From: Mobula hypostoma
Taxonomy: Eukaryota
DNA: 64,000 bases
Assembly (NCBI RefSeq): GCF_963921235.1
Contig: NC_086097.1
Location: 126,482,001 to 126,546,000, forward strand
Direction of reading: 5' to 3'
In this document: positions 26,601-39,490 of the stretch, in pieces
How the letters are laid out: each line of letters begins with the position of its first letter
Numbering within the stretch: the first letter of the stretch is position 1
Made by a program: the position numbers and the translations under genes
Notes under the pieces: generated by a model
Databases searched by the model: none
Seen by the model: the letters and a program-made list of their open reading frames with translations, nothing else
Told to the model about the DNA's origin: nothing

Positions 26601-26842
26601 CTGGGATACTTCTGAAGATGCACTGGTACTTTCAGTTGCAAATGACTTTTCCCCCTTTGTGAAGCTGACAGAACTGGTTTCCAAGGGAAAAACACTGTCG
26701 AACTGACACTGACAGCAGTTAGCTTCCTTTTTTCCTAAGTTATCCATTTTCTGATTCCACATTTCAAAATTTTGATCGCTCATTCCCAGTTGCAGAAAAA
26801 TTTCTATGGAAGTACCATATTTATAATTAACAAATTTCATTC
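26601..26842 (-). CDS. CAGE1: CAGE1-like exon (alternative in-phase acceptor at 26803)
   Basis: Open frame ...MSDQNFEMWNQKMDNLGKKEANCC...SEVSQ with CAG|gtagga donor; phase 1 to 0. Confidence 0.6.
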
Positions 26843-29074
26843 CTGCAAATTGTCTTCCAAAATGTATTACTGTATATCCCTCAAAGGTTTTAAAACCAAA
26901 AACATGCCGTTCCTCCAGCTGACTTATCTAAAATTTCCCTAAATTGTATTCTATGTGTAAATATATAAAATAAAGCCCAAAGTACAACTCTGAGGCCCAC
27001 TTCACCTTTATTTCTCCCTTCTCTCTAATGCATTGGTTATTTTAGGTTACAGATGAAAATTTCCATTTGAATAAGTGGTCAGCAATCGCAGTGGGAGGTG
27101 AGCAGAAACACATCAGTTGGAGGGTTATGGATATTTGGAAGTCTTTCTATCAGCTGTGAATCTCAGGGTATATTTAAGAAGTTGGCGAGGTTGCATTTTG
27201 AATATTGTATTCAGTTTTGATTGACCTGCTGCACTAAGCTGGAAAGAGGGCAAAGGAGATTTATGAGGATGTTGCCAGGACTCGAGGGACTGAGATAGGT
27301 TGAGCACATTGGGACTTTATTGCTGGAGTGTAGGAGAATGAAGGGTGATCTTATGGAGATGTTTAAAATCATGAGGGGTTTAAAATGGATAAGATATAGG
27401 AGCAGAAGTAGGCCATTTGGCCCATTGAGTCTGCTCCGCCATTCAATCATGGCTGATCCAATTCTTCCAGTTATCCCCACTCCCCTGCCTTCTCCCCTTA
27501 CCCTTTGATACCCTGGCTAATCAAGAAACAATGGGAGATAGGGTAGATGGGACCGTAAGTCAGCATTGACTAATTGACCCTATTTGCCCACTATATGATT
27601 CGATGACTGTACAGATGAATGGATTTTGGGCATTATGGCATCAGAAAATGTGGGGATCTGGTGGGAAAAAGAATAGGATAGAAAGATTGGATTGAATGGC
27701 ACAGCAAGATTAGTGAGACTACTCCTGTTCCTATTTTTCAAATACAACTTACCTGTTTGTTTGTGGACAGTTCTACATTGTAAGATTATGCAAACTATGA
27801 AATAAATATTTTTCATTGACCTTTTCATTAAGTGCCCCACAGTACCCCGGGTTCAGAAGCTGTCTGTGCATAACAAGCATCTTTAGTTGGTACCAGGATT
27901 ATTTAAATTGTGCAATTTGCTCGTGTGATCAATTGTAACAAACTTGCCAAAGAGCCCTCCTACACAAATCTGAGCAGGTCCTCACTCTCCACTCACTGCA
28001 CCAGCCTCCCCTTCAAAGGTCAGCAAAGCTCCCGCAAGTGTGGAACTGCCCAGAAAATTAGCTAGAGTTTCAGATGAACTGAGAATTTCTTTAATGCTGC
28101 AGTCTTGAGCTTGGGCGTTGTCCGCGTGGAGCCTGCACATTCTCCCCGTGACTGCGCACATTTTCTCTGGGTACTCCAGTTTCCTGCCACTTCCAAATGG
28201 TTGGTATGCTAACTGGAAGGTGTAAATTGCCCCTAGTGTCATCTAGGGAGAGCTAATGGGAATGTAGAGAAATTAGGCTGCAGGGAAAAATAGCGGAGCA
28301 ATCTGTCTGTTGAGCTGGCATATAGTTTCCTTCTATGTCATAAGGAAAAAAAGAATATGGACTTCCCCTTCCATTTATTCCCTTGCAAATTATTCTTTGT
28401 GGGGAGATTAAATGGAATTAGTGCACAATTCATGTAATAGGTGTTTCAATGCAGTTCAGGGAAGAATGAGCCCTTTTCATCTGTATGACTCTGCAACTCT
28501 TGAATCATGATTGCAATCTTAAAATATACAGCTACCACTGCAGGTAAATCATGAGACCCACGGTTTGCTACAGATGTTTATCATGTCAAAGATAACTGTC
28601 AGCTTTAACCACCACTTAATTATACAAAGTTGGTATTTTGATTTTTTTAGAGCATTGTAAATCTTTCAGTTGCCCAGGCCTGCACCCTGGAGAGTGAAGA
28701 CTTTCCAGGCGCAGATCCATGGTCTCGCAAGACTAACGGATGCCTTAAAAATTTTTTTTCAGAAACAATAGGAAAATGTGCATGAGGTATCAAAAGTAAA
28801 AGGCAATGCCAGCAAGGGTATGCATTAAGCAGCCAATCAAGCTACGAGTTTGCATTTAAATAGCCTTATCATATCCAACATGACATCAACCTATGAGAAA
28901 CTACCTTTTGCATCCCATTGTGAACCATAGGTCCAAAGTTGTGAGGTGGTTGTAAGGAGGTTACAGAGAGGAGGTGGGTTAAGTGAGGGGCAAGAAAGCT
29001 GGCAAATGGAATATAATGCAGGAAATTGTGAAATTCTATATTTTGGCAGGAAAAGAAAATATATATTCTTTAAC

Positions 29075-31948
29075 ACAAACAACAGCAATCCTGCAGATGC
29101 TGGAAATTCAAGCAACACACATCAAAGTTGCTGGTGACACCTCAGGGCATCTCGCCGACTCCAACACCTCAGGGCATATTCAAAACCCGGACTCCAGCAA
29201 CGACCATGGACACCTTCACAGCGATCGCGCAACCACCAACTGCGACTCCAGCCTCGCACTCCAGGCCGGGTCTTTATGTGCTGCTATTGTGACTCCCGTC
29301 TCCCCTTCCCCCACCACCACTCTGCAATCCCGTCTCTCTCAGATCCCATCGTCAGCTCCTGGGTACTCAAAGGCTCCATCTTCCTCTCACCCCAACCCTC
29401 CCCTCTCCATTGACACCCCCAGCCTCCCCCCTCCCCCCTCTGATCCCAGCTCTCATCCGTGCGGATCTTTACCATCCCCTCTGACCTTCAACTGTCGGAG
29501 GCAGAACGCTCTGTTCTCAGTAAGGGCCTCACGTTTGTCCCCCTTCGCCCACACCTCAGCGAGTTCCGTGTTCGCCACGATGCGGAACTTTTCTTCCGCC
29601 GTCTCCGTCTCCGAGCCTACTTCTTCGGCAAGGACTCTTCCACCCCCACCGATGACCCCTTCTCCCATCTTCAACCCTCCTCTTCTTCATGGACACCCTG
29701 CTCTGGTCTTCTGCCTGCTCTGGATCTCTTTATTGCCAACTGCCGACGGGACATCAACCGTCTCGACTTCACCGCACCTTGTCCCCATTCCAACCTCACT
29801 CCTTCGGAACGCTCTGCTCTCCACTCCCTCCGCACTAATCCTAACCTTATTATTAAACCCGCTGATAAAGGGGGTGCTGTTGTAGTCTGGCGTACTGACC
29901 TCTACCTTGCCGAGGCACAGCGACAACTCGCGGATACCTCCTCTTATTTACCCCTCGATCATGACCCCACTAAGGAGCACCAGGCCATTGTCTCCCACAC
30001 CATCACCGACTTCATCCGCTCAGGGGATCTCCCATATCCACTGCTACCAACCTTATAGTTCCCACACCCCGCACTTCCCGTTTCTACCTCCTACCCAAGA
30101 TCCACAAACCTGCCTGTCCTGGCCGACCTATTGTCTCAGCTTGCTCCTGCCCCACCGAACTCGTTTCTGCATACCTCGACACTGTTTTATCACCCCTTGT
30201 TCAATCCCTTCCTACCTATGTTCGTGACACTTCTCACGCTCTTAAACTTTTCGATGATTTTAAGTTCCCTGGCCCCCACCGCTTTATTTTCACCATGGAC
30301 GTCCAGTCCCTATATACTTCCATTCCCCATCAGGAAGGTCTCAAAGCTCTCCGCTTCTTTTTGCTCCGTCTAGCAGAATTAGTCCTTACTCTTAATAATT
30401 TCTCCTTTGACTCCTCCCACTTCCTCCAAACTAAAGGTGTAGCTATGGGCACCCGTATGGGTCCTACCTATGCCTGCCTTTTTGTTGGCTTTGTGGAACA
30501 ATCTATGTTCCATACCTATTCTGGTATCTGTCCCCCACTTTTCCTTTGCTACATCAACAACTGCATTGGCGCTGCTTCTTGCACGCATACTGAGCTCGTT
30601 GACTTTATTAACTTTGCCTCCAACTTTCACCCTGCCCTCAAGTTTACCTGGTCCATTTCCGACACCTCCCTCCCCTTTCTAGATCTTTCTATCTCTGGTG
30701 ACAGCTTATCCACTGAGTCTACTATAAGCCTACTGACTCTCACAGCTATCTGGACTATTCCTCTTCTCACCGTCTCTTGCAAAAATGCCATCCCCTTCTC
30801 GCAATTCCTCCATCTCTGCCGCATCTGCTCTCAGGATGAGGCTTTTCATTCCAGGATGAGGGAATTCCTCCACCATCAACTCTGCTCTCAAACGCATCCT
30901 CCCCATTTCACGCACATCTGCTCTCACTCCATCCTCCTGCCACCCCACTAGGAATAGGGTTCCCCTGGTCCTCACCTACCACCCCACCAGCCTCCGGGTC
31001 CAACATATTATTCTCCGTAACTTCCGCCACCTCCAAAGGGATCCAACCACTAAACACATCTTTCCCTCCCCCCCTCTCTGCTTTCCACAGGGATCGCTCC
31101 CTACGCGACTCCCTTGTCCATTCGTCCCCCCCCATCCCTCCCCACTTATCCTTGTAAGCGGAACAAGTGCTACACATGCCCTTACACTTCCTCACCACCA
31201 TTCAGGACCCCAGACAGTCCTTCCAGGTGAGGCGACACTTCACCTGTGAGTCGGTTGGGGTGATATACTGCATCCGGTGCTCCCGATGTGGCCTTCTATA
31301 TATTGGTGAGACCTGACGCAGGCTGGGAGACCGTTTCGCTGAACACCTACGCCGCTCTGTCTGCCAGAGAAAGCAGGATCTCCCAGTGGCCGCACATTTT
31401 AATTCCACATCCCATTCCCATTCTGACATGTCTACCCACGGCCTCCTCTACTGTAAAGATGAAGCCACATTCAGGTTGGAGGAACAACACCTTATATTCC
31501 GTCTGGGTAGCCTCCAACCTGATGGCATGAACATTGACTTCTCTAACTTCCGCTAAGGTCCCACCTCCCCCTCGTACCCCATCCGTTCTTTATTTTTATA
31601 CACACATTCTTTCTCTCACTCTCCTTTTTCTACCTCAGTCCCTCTCACTATACCCCTTGCCCATCCTCTGGGTACCCCCCCCTCGTCTTTCTTCCCGGAC
31701 CTCCTGTCCCATGATCCTCTCGTATCCCTTTTGCCAATCACTTGTCCAGCTGTTGGCTCCATCCCACCCCCTCCTGTCTTCTCCTGTCATTTTGGATCTC
31801 CCCACTCCCCCTCCAGCTTTCAAATCCCTTACTCACTCTTCCTTCAGTTAGTCCTGACGAAGGGTCTCGGCCTGAAACGTCGACTGCACCTCTTCCTAGA
31901 GATGCTGCCTGGCCTGCTGCGTTCACCAGCAACTTTGATGTGTGTTGC
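29075..31948 (+). mobile_element. Penelope-like retroelement (RT + GIY-YIG), 5'-truncated and frameshifted, with an inverted terminal piece at the left end
   Basis: Motifs IIKPADKGGAVVV, LPKIHK, MDVQSLYTSIP, QTKGVAMG and VIYCIRCSRCGLLYIGET. 14-bp TSD ATATATTCTTTAAC at 29061-29074 and 31949-31962. Confidence 0.93.
31850..31885 (+). ncRNA. Minimal type I hammerhead ribozyme motif in the PLE terminal repeat
   Basis: AGTC-CTGACGA-AGG(gtctcgg)CCT-GAAA-CGTC-GACT: stem I, CUGANGA core, stem II, GAAA, palindromic ACGT stem III and a GUC cleavage triplet. Confidence 0.8.
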
Positions 31949-32599
31949 ATATATTCTTTAACTGTAGGTCTTTAATACATAGAAGGATCAGGGTGCCCTA
32001 ATGCACAATTTTCAAAATTCAGCTCTACATTATTAAATCTAGAGTTGTGCTCAGTATTGCTTTGTGTGTAAAAGAATGATTGCAAATCGTTGCAAACTGT
32101 TCTGACAAGATTCACTGGATTAATGCATGGGAAGTATTAGAAGGTTGGATTAGACGGGACAAACAAGCTGTTTGAAAGGGTAAGAGGCAACTTAATTGAA
32201 ACATAAGCAAAGACGGGAAAAAAGCACTGGAGGAACTCAGGTTAGACAGCAGCTTTGAGAGAAATACACAGCCGGCGATTCAGGTTGAGGCACCCCTCCC
32301 CATCTGGACTGAAGGATCTCAATTTGAAAAGTCAGCTGTCTGTTTCCCTTCATAGATGCTGCCTGACCCGTTGAGTTCCTTCCAGCATTTTGCGTGTCGC
32401 TCCAGATTCCAGCAGCAGCACTCTCTAGAGTCTTGACTGGAACAGAAGATCCAAAGTCACCTTGACAGGTGTATGTGAAGACAGGGTTTCCTCTTGTGGA
32501 AGAAACAAGACCCCTGTTTAAAGATATGGGGTCGCTCACTTCAGAGTGAGACCCTCATTGTTTCAGAGGGTTATGAATCTTTAGAATACCTTTCTTCAT

Positions 32600-32890
32600 G
32601 CCTTGTGGCTCATCAGGGCGGTGCTTATGCCGGTCTCCGTGTTTCAATCAAACTCTTAGCTTGATTGAAGCGACTGAGAGTATGAGACTCCCCCCACCGG
32701 ACAGAACGCCAGTCTATTGCGAGGTTAACCCCCCGGCATTTTTGCTGGTGCCCATTTTCAGCTGGGTGGACTGGAGCATTGTGTGGTTCAGTGCCTTGCT
32801 CAAGGACACAACACGCTGCCTCAGCTTGGGCTCGAACTCACGACCTTCACGACACTAGTCCAACACCTTAACCACTTGGCCACACACCAC
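32600..32890 (-). mobile_element. tRNA-derived SINE with the same head as 46083 but a different body (approximate)
   Basis: Reverse complement GTGGCCAAGTGGTTAAGG...GAGTTCGAGCCC. Confidence 0.75.
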
Positions 32891-33496
32891 ACTTTTCTTC
32901 ATAGGGTAGTGGAAACTCTGAGTACTTGTAAGGCAGAGCCAAATAGACTTGACAAACAAGGGGTGAGTGAGAACAAGGAAAAGGCAACAATGTGCAGTTG
33001 AGGTTACAACTCAATCAGTCTTGGTCTTTCTGAATGGTAGACTGGGTTCAAGGGTCTAAGTGGCCGATTTATTTGTTTATTTGTATGTATGCCTGTGAAA
33101 CATTAAACAATTCTGTCTTGCTAGCAGCTACTGAGAGTTTTGGTGGTGGATTCAGTGTAACTATATTATTGTTGCAGCTTGACATGAGGGCCCCACATAG
33201 CCTGAGAGTGTTTTAAAAAGGCAAATCACAGTAGTCTGGAAAATAATGACTGCTCTACATTATGAAAGAAGCAACATGGTTATTATGTATCCATAGGGCA
33301 ACAGAGAACACTTTCCTTTCCTTTCCATCATTGGTCTACAAAATGTAAGACTGAATGGTGAAATAGAAGACCAGATATAACTTGTTCTGGGGTTTACCTG
33401 AAAACCAATCACTCCCAGAAATCACAGCAACAATAGTACAGTCTTCAATTAGAATTTATCTTCAGCAGTGAGACAAAATCACACATAATATATTAC

Positions 33497-33582
33497 CTTC
33501 AGCAAAGCCGATATTCGAATCATGTAGCTTATTTTCTTCGGCAGTGCTATTGTGGGGCCCTTCAGTCTGTGTATCATCGGCA
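33497..33582 (-). CDS. CAGE1: CAGE1-like exon
   Basis: cccctccag acceptor; ADDTQTEGPHNSTAEENKLHDSNIGFAE; G|gtaata donor; phase 2 to 1. Confidence 0.6.
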
Positions 33583-33659
33583 CTGGAGGGGTAAAAGTTA
33601 CCCTTACTTACACAGGCAAAAGGAACAAACACTTGAACAAAGGTTGAAAGGCTGCGCGA

Positions 33660-36470
33660 AGCATTAGGAAGTACTACAGTGAAAAGTGAACAAATACAGA
33701 GGGGCAGATTGGAAGACAGATTTTGGAAAAGTGCAAAAATAACCGGGTTGCTTTCATGGGTGACTTCACTGTGCTAATATTGATTGGGAACTCTTCAATG
33801 CAAAAGGTCTAGATGGGGCAGAATTTGTTATGTATATCCAGGAAGGATTGCTGACACAATATATACATGCATAGACCAACGGGAGGAGGGGCCATGCTGG
33901 ATCAGATACTAGGCAATGAACCTGGTCAAGTGACAGATTTCTAAGTGGGTGTGCATTTCTGAGAGAGCGACCACAATTCCCTGATGTTTAGCATAGCTTC
34001 AAACAGGGACAGGAACAGGCGGTATGAGAAAGCAGATAATTGGGAGAGGGTTCTATGATGCTATTAGGCAGGAGCAGATGTACTCCATGAAGATGTTGGA
34101 GTTGTTTTGGAAGGACTTGCATGTGGTTCTGGATAGGTTTGTCTCACCGAGGCAGGGAAAGGATGGTAGAGTGAAGGAACCATGGTTGACAAGAGGTGTG
34201 GAACATCAAGTCAAGAGGAAGAAAGAAGCTTGCTTAAGGTTTAGGAAGCAAAGGTCAGACAGGGCTCTAGAGAGCTACAAGGTCTCAAGAAAAGAGCATA
34301 AGAATGGATTTAGGAGAGTTAGAAGGGGACATGAGAAGACCTCAGTGAATAGGATTAAGGAAAATATACACATTCTATGTGTATGTGAAGAACAGGATGA
34401 TGACTAGAGAGTGGTTAGGGCTGATTAGGCATAATAGAGGAAACACTGGGAGTCAGGGAAAACGGGAGGTCATTAATGAATACCTTGCTTCAGTATTCAC
34501 CAATGAGGTCTGGACAAATGTGAGCACAGTATAAAACAGGCTGGAATATGTTGACATTAAGAAAGGGGATATGGTAGAACTTTCGAAAATCTTCGGGATG
34601 GATAAATCCCTGGAGCCAAGCTGGATATACCTCAGATAACTACAGGATGTGAGGGAAGAGATCCCTGTGCTTTTAGCAACTATCTTTGCATCCTCACTGG
34701 TCACAGCAGAAGTACCAGAAGATTGGAGGATGGCAAATGTTATTCTTTTGTTCAAGAAAGATAGTCGGGATAATCCTGGGAATTATAGACCACTGGGTCT
34801 AATGTCAGTGGTGGGCAAATCATTGGGGGGCTTCCTAGAGTCAGGATTTACAAGTATTTGGAAAAGCACATTCTGATTAGGTAAGTGTGGTTTTTGAGGG
34901 GTTGGTCATGTCTCACGAGCCTGAATCAATTCACTGAGGAAGTGACAAAACAAGCTGATGAAGGTAGAATAGTGAATGTAATGTAGGTGGATTTTAATAA
35001 GGTGTTTGCCAATGTTCTCATCCTAGGCTAATTCAGAAAGTCAGGAGGCATGGGATTCAGGGAAACTTGGCTGTGTGGATTCAGAACTGGCTTGGCCACA
35101 GAAGCCAGAGGTTGGTAGTATATGAAGCGGATTCTGTCTGGAGGTCATGGACCAGAGGTGTTCTGCAGGGATCTGTTCTGGGAACCCTGCTTTTGGGGTT
35201 TACATAACTGACGTGGATCAGGTTATTAAAGGGTGGGTTAGTAATTCTGCACATGAAGGTCGATGGTGTTTGTGGATAGTGTGAAGGCTGTCACAGGTTA
35301 CAATGGGACATTGATAGGACGCAGAGCTGGGCTGAGAGGTGGTAGATGGTGCTCAATCTGGAAAAGTGTGAAGTGGAAGGTCGTACTTGAAAGCAGAATA
35401 CAGGGTTAATGGCAGGATTCTTACCAGTGTGGAAGAACAGAGAGATCTCGGGGTTCACGTCAACAGAGGGATCTTGGGGTGCTCAAAGCTGTTGCTCAAA
35501 TTAATAGAGTGGTTAAGAAGGCATGAGGTGTGTTGCCCTTCATTAGTCGGGGATTGAGATCAAGCGCCGCGAGGTAATGTTGCAGCTCTATAACACTCCG
35601 GTTAAATCATATTTGGAGTATTGTGGTCAGTTTTGGTCCCCTCAGTATAGAAGAACGTGGAAGCTTTATGAAAGTGCAGAGCAGATTTACCAGGATGATG
35701 CTGAGATTAGGGAGCCGGTCTTATGAGGATAGGAGCGAGCTAAGGCCTCTCTCTTTGGGGAAAAAGGCTTTCACTCGCTCAACTCATCCTCATAAGAGAG
35801 AAGTTGGAGAGATGACATGATAGAATTGTCTAAGATGATAGGAGGATAGTGGACATATTAAGATGATACAGTGGACAGCCAGAGACTTCACTCAGGGCAA
35901 AAAAAATTGCTATATGAGGGTTATAATTTTAAGGAAATTGGAGGAAAGTATAGGGGGATTGTCAGAGTAACACACACAAAATGCTGGAGGAACTCAGCAG
36001 ACCAGGCAGCATCTGTGGAACAGAGTACAGTTGACGTTTCAGGCCAAGACCCTTCAGCTGGACAGGAGAAAAAAAGATGAGGAGTCAGGGTTAGAGGGTG
36101 TGGGAGTAGGGGAGGGAGAAACACAAGGTGATAGGTGAAATCGGGAGGGGTGAAGTAAAGAGTTGGGAAGTTGATTGGTGAAAGAGGTACAGAGCTGGAG
36201 AAGGGGGAATCTAATAGGACAGGACAGAAGACCATGGAAGAAAGAAAAATGTTCGTCAGAAGTGGGTTCTTTTTTACACTGGGTGGAGGTGCATGGAACA
36301 CACTGCCATGGGTAGCGGTAGGGGTAGATTCATTGGGGGCATTTAAAAGACACTTATTGGGCACATGGCTGAAAGAGAAACATTGGGCTATGTGGGAGGG
36401 GTTATCTTAGAGTAGGGTAAAAGCTTGGAACAACATTGTGAGTGAAAAGGCCTGTACTGTTCTATGTTCT
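33660..36470 (+). mobile_element. Degenerate CR1 LINE (approximate)
   Basis: EDWRMANVILLFKK...NYRP fragments and a ttctatgttct tail. Confidence 0.88.
35968..36250 (-). mobile_element. Older PLE terminal fragment inserted in a CR1 (approximate)
   Basis: Similar to the terminus of the 21683 element. Confidence 0.75.
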
Positions 36471-37565
36471 AAGTAAGGAATGCATAAATTGTATTTCAGT
36501 ACTTATGGTTTAACATGAGACAGTCTTGAAACGTGTCTGAGTCGGGAAATAGTGACACACAATTTTGGCTGAGAGATTTGTAGATTTCTGAGACAGATTA
36601 TTTTGCCAGAGATAGTACCACTTGGATGAGATCTTAAACTCTGGCCTCAGTTGCAATCTTGTTCCTTTTCACGCCTTCTGGCACATTGGGTGGCAATTTT
36701 GTTGTTTCTGTAGCATTTGATTCCCTTTTTTTATGAGGCAGAGTTGCTAGTTCGACACTCAACCCAGGACAGATGGAAAGTGTGCAAGGAGCTGGCCAGA
36801 TTCAAACTCAGGACCATTTGCCTCGTGGTCCAGTGCTGATGCCACCACACCACTGGCCGGCGATACTGGCGGTCTTGGGTGACCATAAAAGATATCTCAT
36901 GCTATTCAATTTGAAGGAGTTTCGGAAATTGTGAAAAAAGTGACGAAATGGACTTTTAACATCGCAAACCAGCGGGTTGTTGTTATGTCTCCTGCTCGCT
37001 GTGAAAATGGGGGACACCTCCCTCTCCCTTGCCAGGGAGAGAGAGAACCTGTGGTTTGTTGAATCTTGGATGAAATGCGAAGCCTTTGGGGTAACTTTGC
37101 TCTGTGTCTTTGCTATTGCTTAGCACACGCTTGGGCTCGGTGATGGTACCGATACATTCTTTTTGCTGCTGGGGGGGTAGGGGGGTTTGTTGCTTGCTGC
37201 TGCTTACGCGCGGGGGGGGGGGGATGACTCCGTGCTTCTCATACTTAACTGTTTATTCTTTGGGGGCACTTCTCTGTTTTCATGGATGGTTGTGAAGAAA
37301 AAGCATTTCAGGATGTATATTGTATACATTTCTCCAACATTAAATTTGACCTTTGAATTGCCATTTGTCCATCTCGTTTGCTCTTTGTGGGATGCTGCGG
37401 TGTGCAACATTGGCAGCCAACTGTGGCTCAAAATAGCTACCTTCTGTTAAAGGAAGGCTGCACAGAAAGAAATGAGAGCAAATGGAAAATAAGGAAGTGA
37501 TAAAGGATAGCCGGGTAGGCCTACAGAGTGCAGTGGGCTTGTGGTCTACACAGTAATATACTCAC

Positions 37566-37600
37566 CACTTTTGACTATTCAGCATTTTAGAGGATTCCAT
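37566..37600 (-). CDS. CAGE1: CAGE1-like coiled-coil gene, putative first coding exon
   Basis: ATG GAA TCC...MESSKMLNSQK TG|gtgagt. The phase-2 end matches the next exon. Head-to-head with RIOK1, as CAGE1 is in human. Confidence 0.55.
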
Positions 37601-38720
37601 AACACATCAAGAATTCAAACAGCTGACCTTCAATTTAAAAGCCCAAGTGTTTAACTCCATCCCTCCTACCGTATCAATTTTCACATCCAGAGTTTCGTCC
37701 TGGACATGCTGTTTAGAGCCTCATGACGTCACTCTCACCCGGATTTGTGACGTCACATACATCCGGTTAAATTACAGTTTGATCATTCTATGACGCTGCT
37801 CAGTAGAGGGGCTGGAGTTAACGTTACATTTGACCGCCTTGATACATTGAAGTTTATTATTTACAAATCACGGCAAGGAATTTTATTGAGTTCTCTAGAC
37901 AAGCAATGTCGGCATGGTTGCATTGCAAAATTTGTCGTTTAATACAGCACAGTAAAACATTCAAAAACTGTTTAATGTTTTCGCCAGTATATCTCAGTTG
38001 CATTTGTGTCTGTCAGAAGTTTGTGAGCCTCGCTCCATGTTTCTTCAACACATCATTTGAGCAGACGAAACAGTGGAATCCTGAGACAAGTTACATTGTC
38101 AGAGATAGGAGCAACACACGGTCTGCTGGATGAATTCAACCAGTCGAGCAGCATCGGTGGCAGGAAAGACGTTTCGGCTGAAACACTGCTTCAGGACAGG
38201 GATATTTACAATATCCCATTTCAAAGTGTACTAACTGAAACGACGAACACCTGTTATTTTTGATTTTTTTCTCTTTAAATTAAAATACTATTTTTTTCCA
38301 AAACCTACAGTAAATGCATCCTCCTTTGCGGGACTTAGATCTTTTCAAGATCACGCCTTTGCTGTCTCGAGTGGGAATCAAGAAGTTCCTCTCCGACTGC
38401 GGTTCCATTTCGAAAACGCGTTTTGTCGGCACTGTTGGCGAGCGGACGTCACGTCCTGTTTGGAGCGGCGAGGCTGCCGTGGATTGAACACGGCGTGGTG
38501 ACTGTGGGGAAGTGATGGACGCTTTTGGTTCCTTGGGAGACACGCCGGTTCCCGGACAGTTTGACGATGCCGAGTCTGGGGAGAGGTAAATATCTTTTCG
38601 GGTTCGGCGCCGAGAGAAGTTTCTTCTGGTCATGTCAGGGTCTTACCTGTCTCCCCCACCCTCCCGTCGCAGCCCCTCAACAACGTCGCCCGCCCCCCCC
38701 GTGGCCGTGTTAATGGGACC
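37601..38720. promoter_or_regulatory. Head-to-head promoter region, with a CpG-rich island at RIOK1 and tandem CRE sites on the CAGE1-like side
   Basis: The two ATGs are about 915 bp apart. CpG-dense at about 38380-38720. TGACGTCA at 37724-37731 and 37748-37755. Confidence 0.75.
38515..38585 (+). CDS. RIOK1: RIO kinase 1, coding exon 1
   Basis: ATG...MDAFGSLGDTPVPGQFDDAESGE then AG|gtaaat. The VPGQFDDA motif is the conserved RIO1 N-terminus. Lies in a CpG-rich region. Confidence 0.93.
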
Positions 38721-38859
38721 TTTTGAGATGGTTTCGTCAGTTGTCCTCTCTACTCTGATCAATGAGTTTCCAAAAACCGGTGAAGTTAGCACGAAATAAG
38801 GACTGAGACAGGAATTGTATTGCTTTCTTCAGCAATCTTGTACTAAACTAGTATTTAAA

Positions 38860-39490
38860 TAATGGGAATTCCGGGCGGCCAACCATTTTAATTCCAATCC
38901 CCTTTCTCATACCGACATGAAAGTCCATGGTCTCCTCTACTGCCTGAATGAGGCCACTCAAGTTGGAAGAGCAACATCTCAATTTCTGTCTGGGTAGCTT
39001 CCAGCCTGACGACATGTACATCGACCTCGCTAACGTTGAGTAATTTCTCCCCCCCATCACTTTTTCCATTCCCCATTCTGACCCCCACCTTACCCCTTCT
39101 CTTCTCCTCACTTGTCTATCACCTCCCCCTGGTGCCTCCCCCTTCCCTTTCTCTCTCGGTCCACTCTCCTCTCCTATCAGATTCCTTCTTCACAACTCTT
39201 TTTCCAATTATTGTCTCCCAGCTTCTCACTTCACCCCTCCATCCCCCACCTACCTGTCAAACCCCCCCACCTGGCTTCACCAATCACCTTCTAGCTTGTA
39301 CTTCTTCCCCTCCCCACCTACTTATTCTGTCGTCTTCCCTCTTTCTGCCCTGATGACGGGTCTCACCCCAAAATTTTGACTCTATTCCTTTCCATAGATG
39401 CTGACTGACCTGCTGAGTTTCTCCAGCATTTTGTGTGTGTGTGTGTGTGTGTTGCTTCGGATTTCCAGCACCTGCAGAACCTCTTGTGTA
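38860..39490 (+). mobile_element. Older PLE 3' fragment with a (TG)n expansion (approximate)
   Basis: ttggaagagcaacatctcaatttctgtctgggtagcttccagcc (LEEQHL.F.LG), a polypyrimidine tract and the terminal repeat. Confidence 0.8.

Noticed and set aside
28983..29885. 300-aa Pro/Ser-rich ORF
   Set aside because: It crosses the insertion junction and runs largely out of frame with the PLE RT ORF in C-rich, stop-poor sequence.
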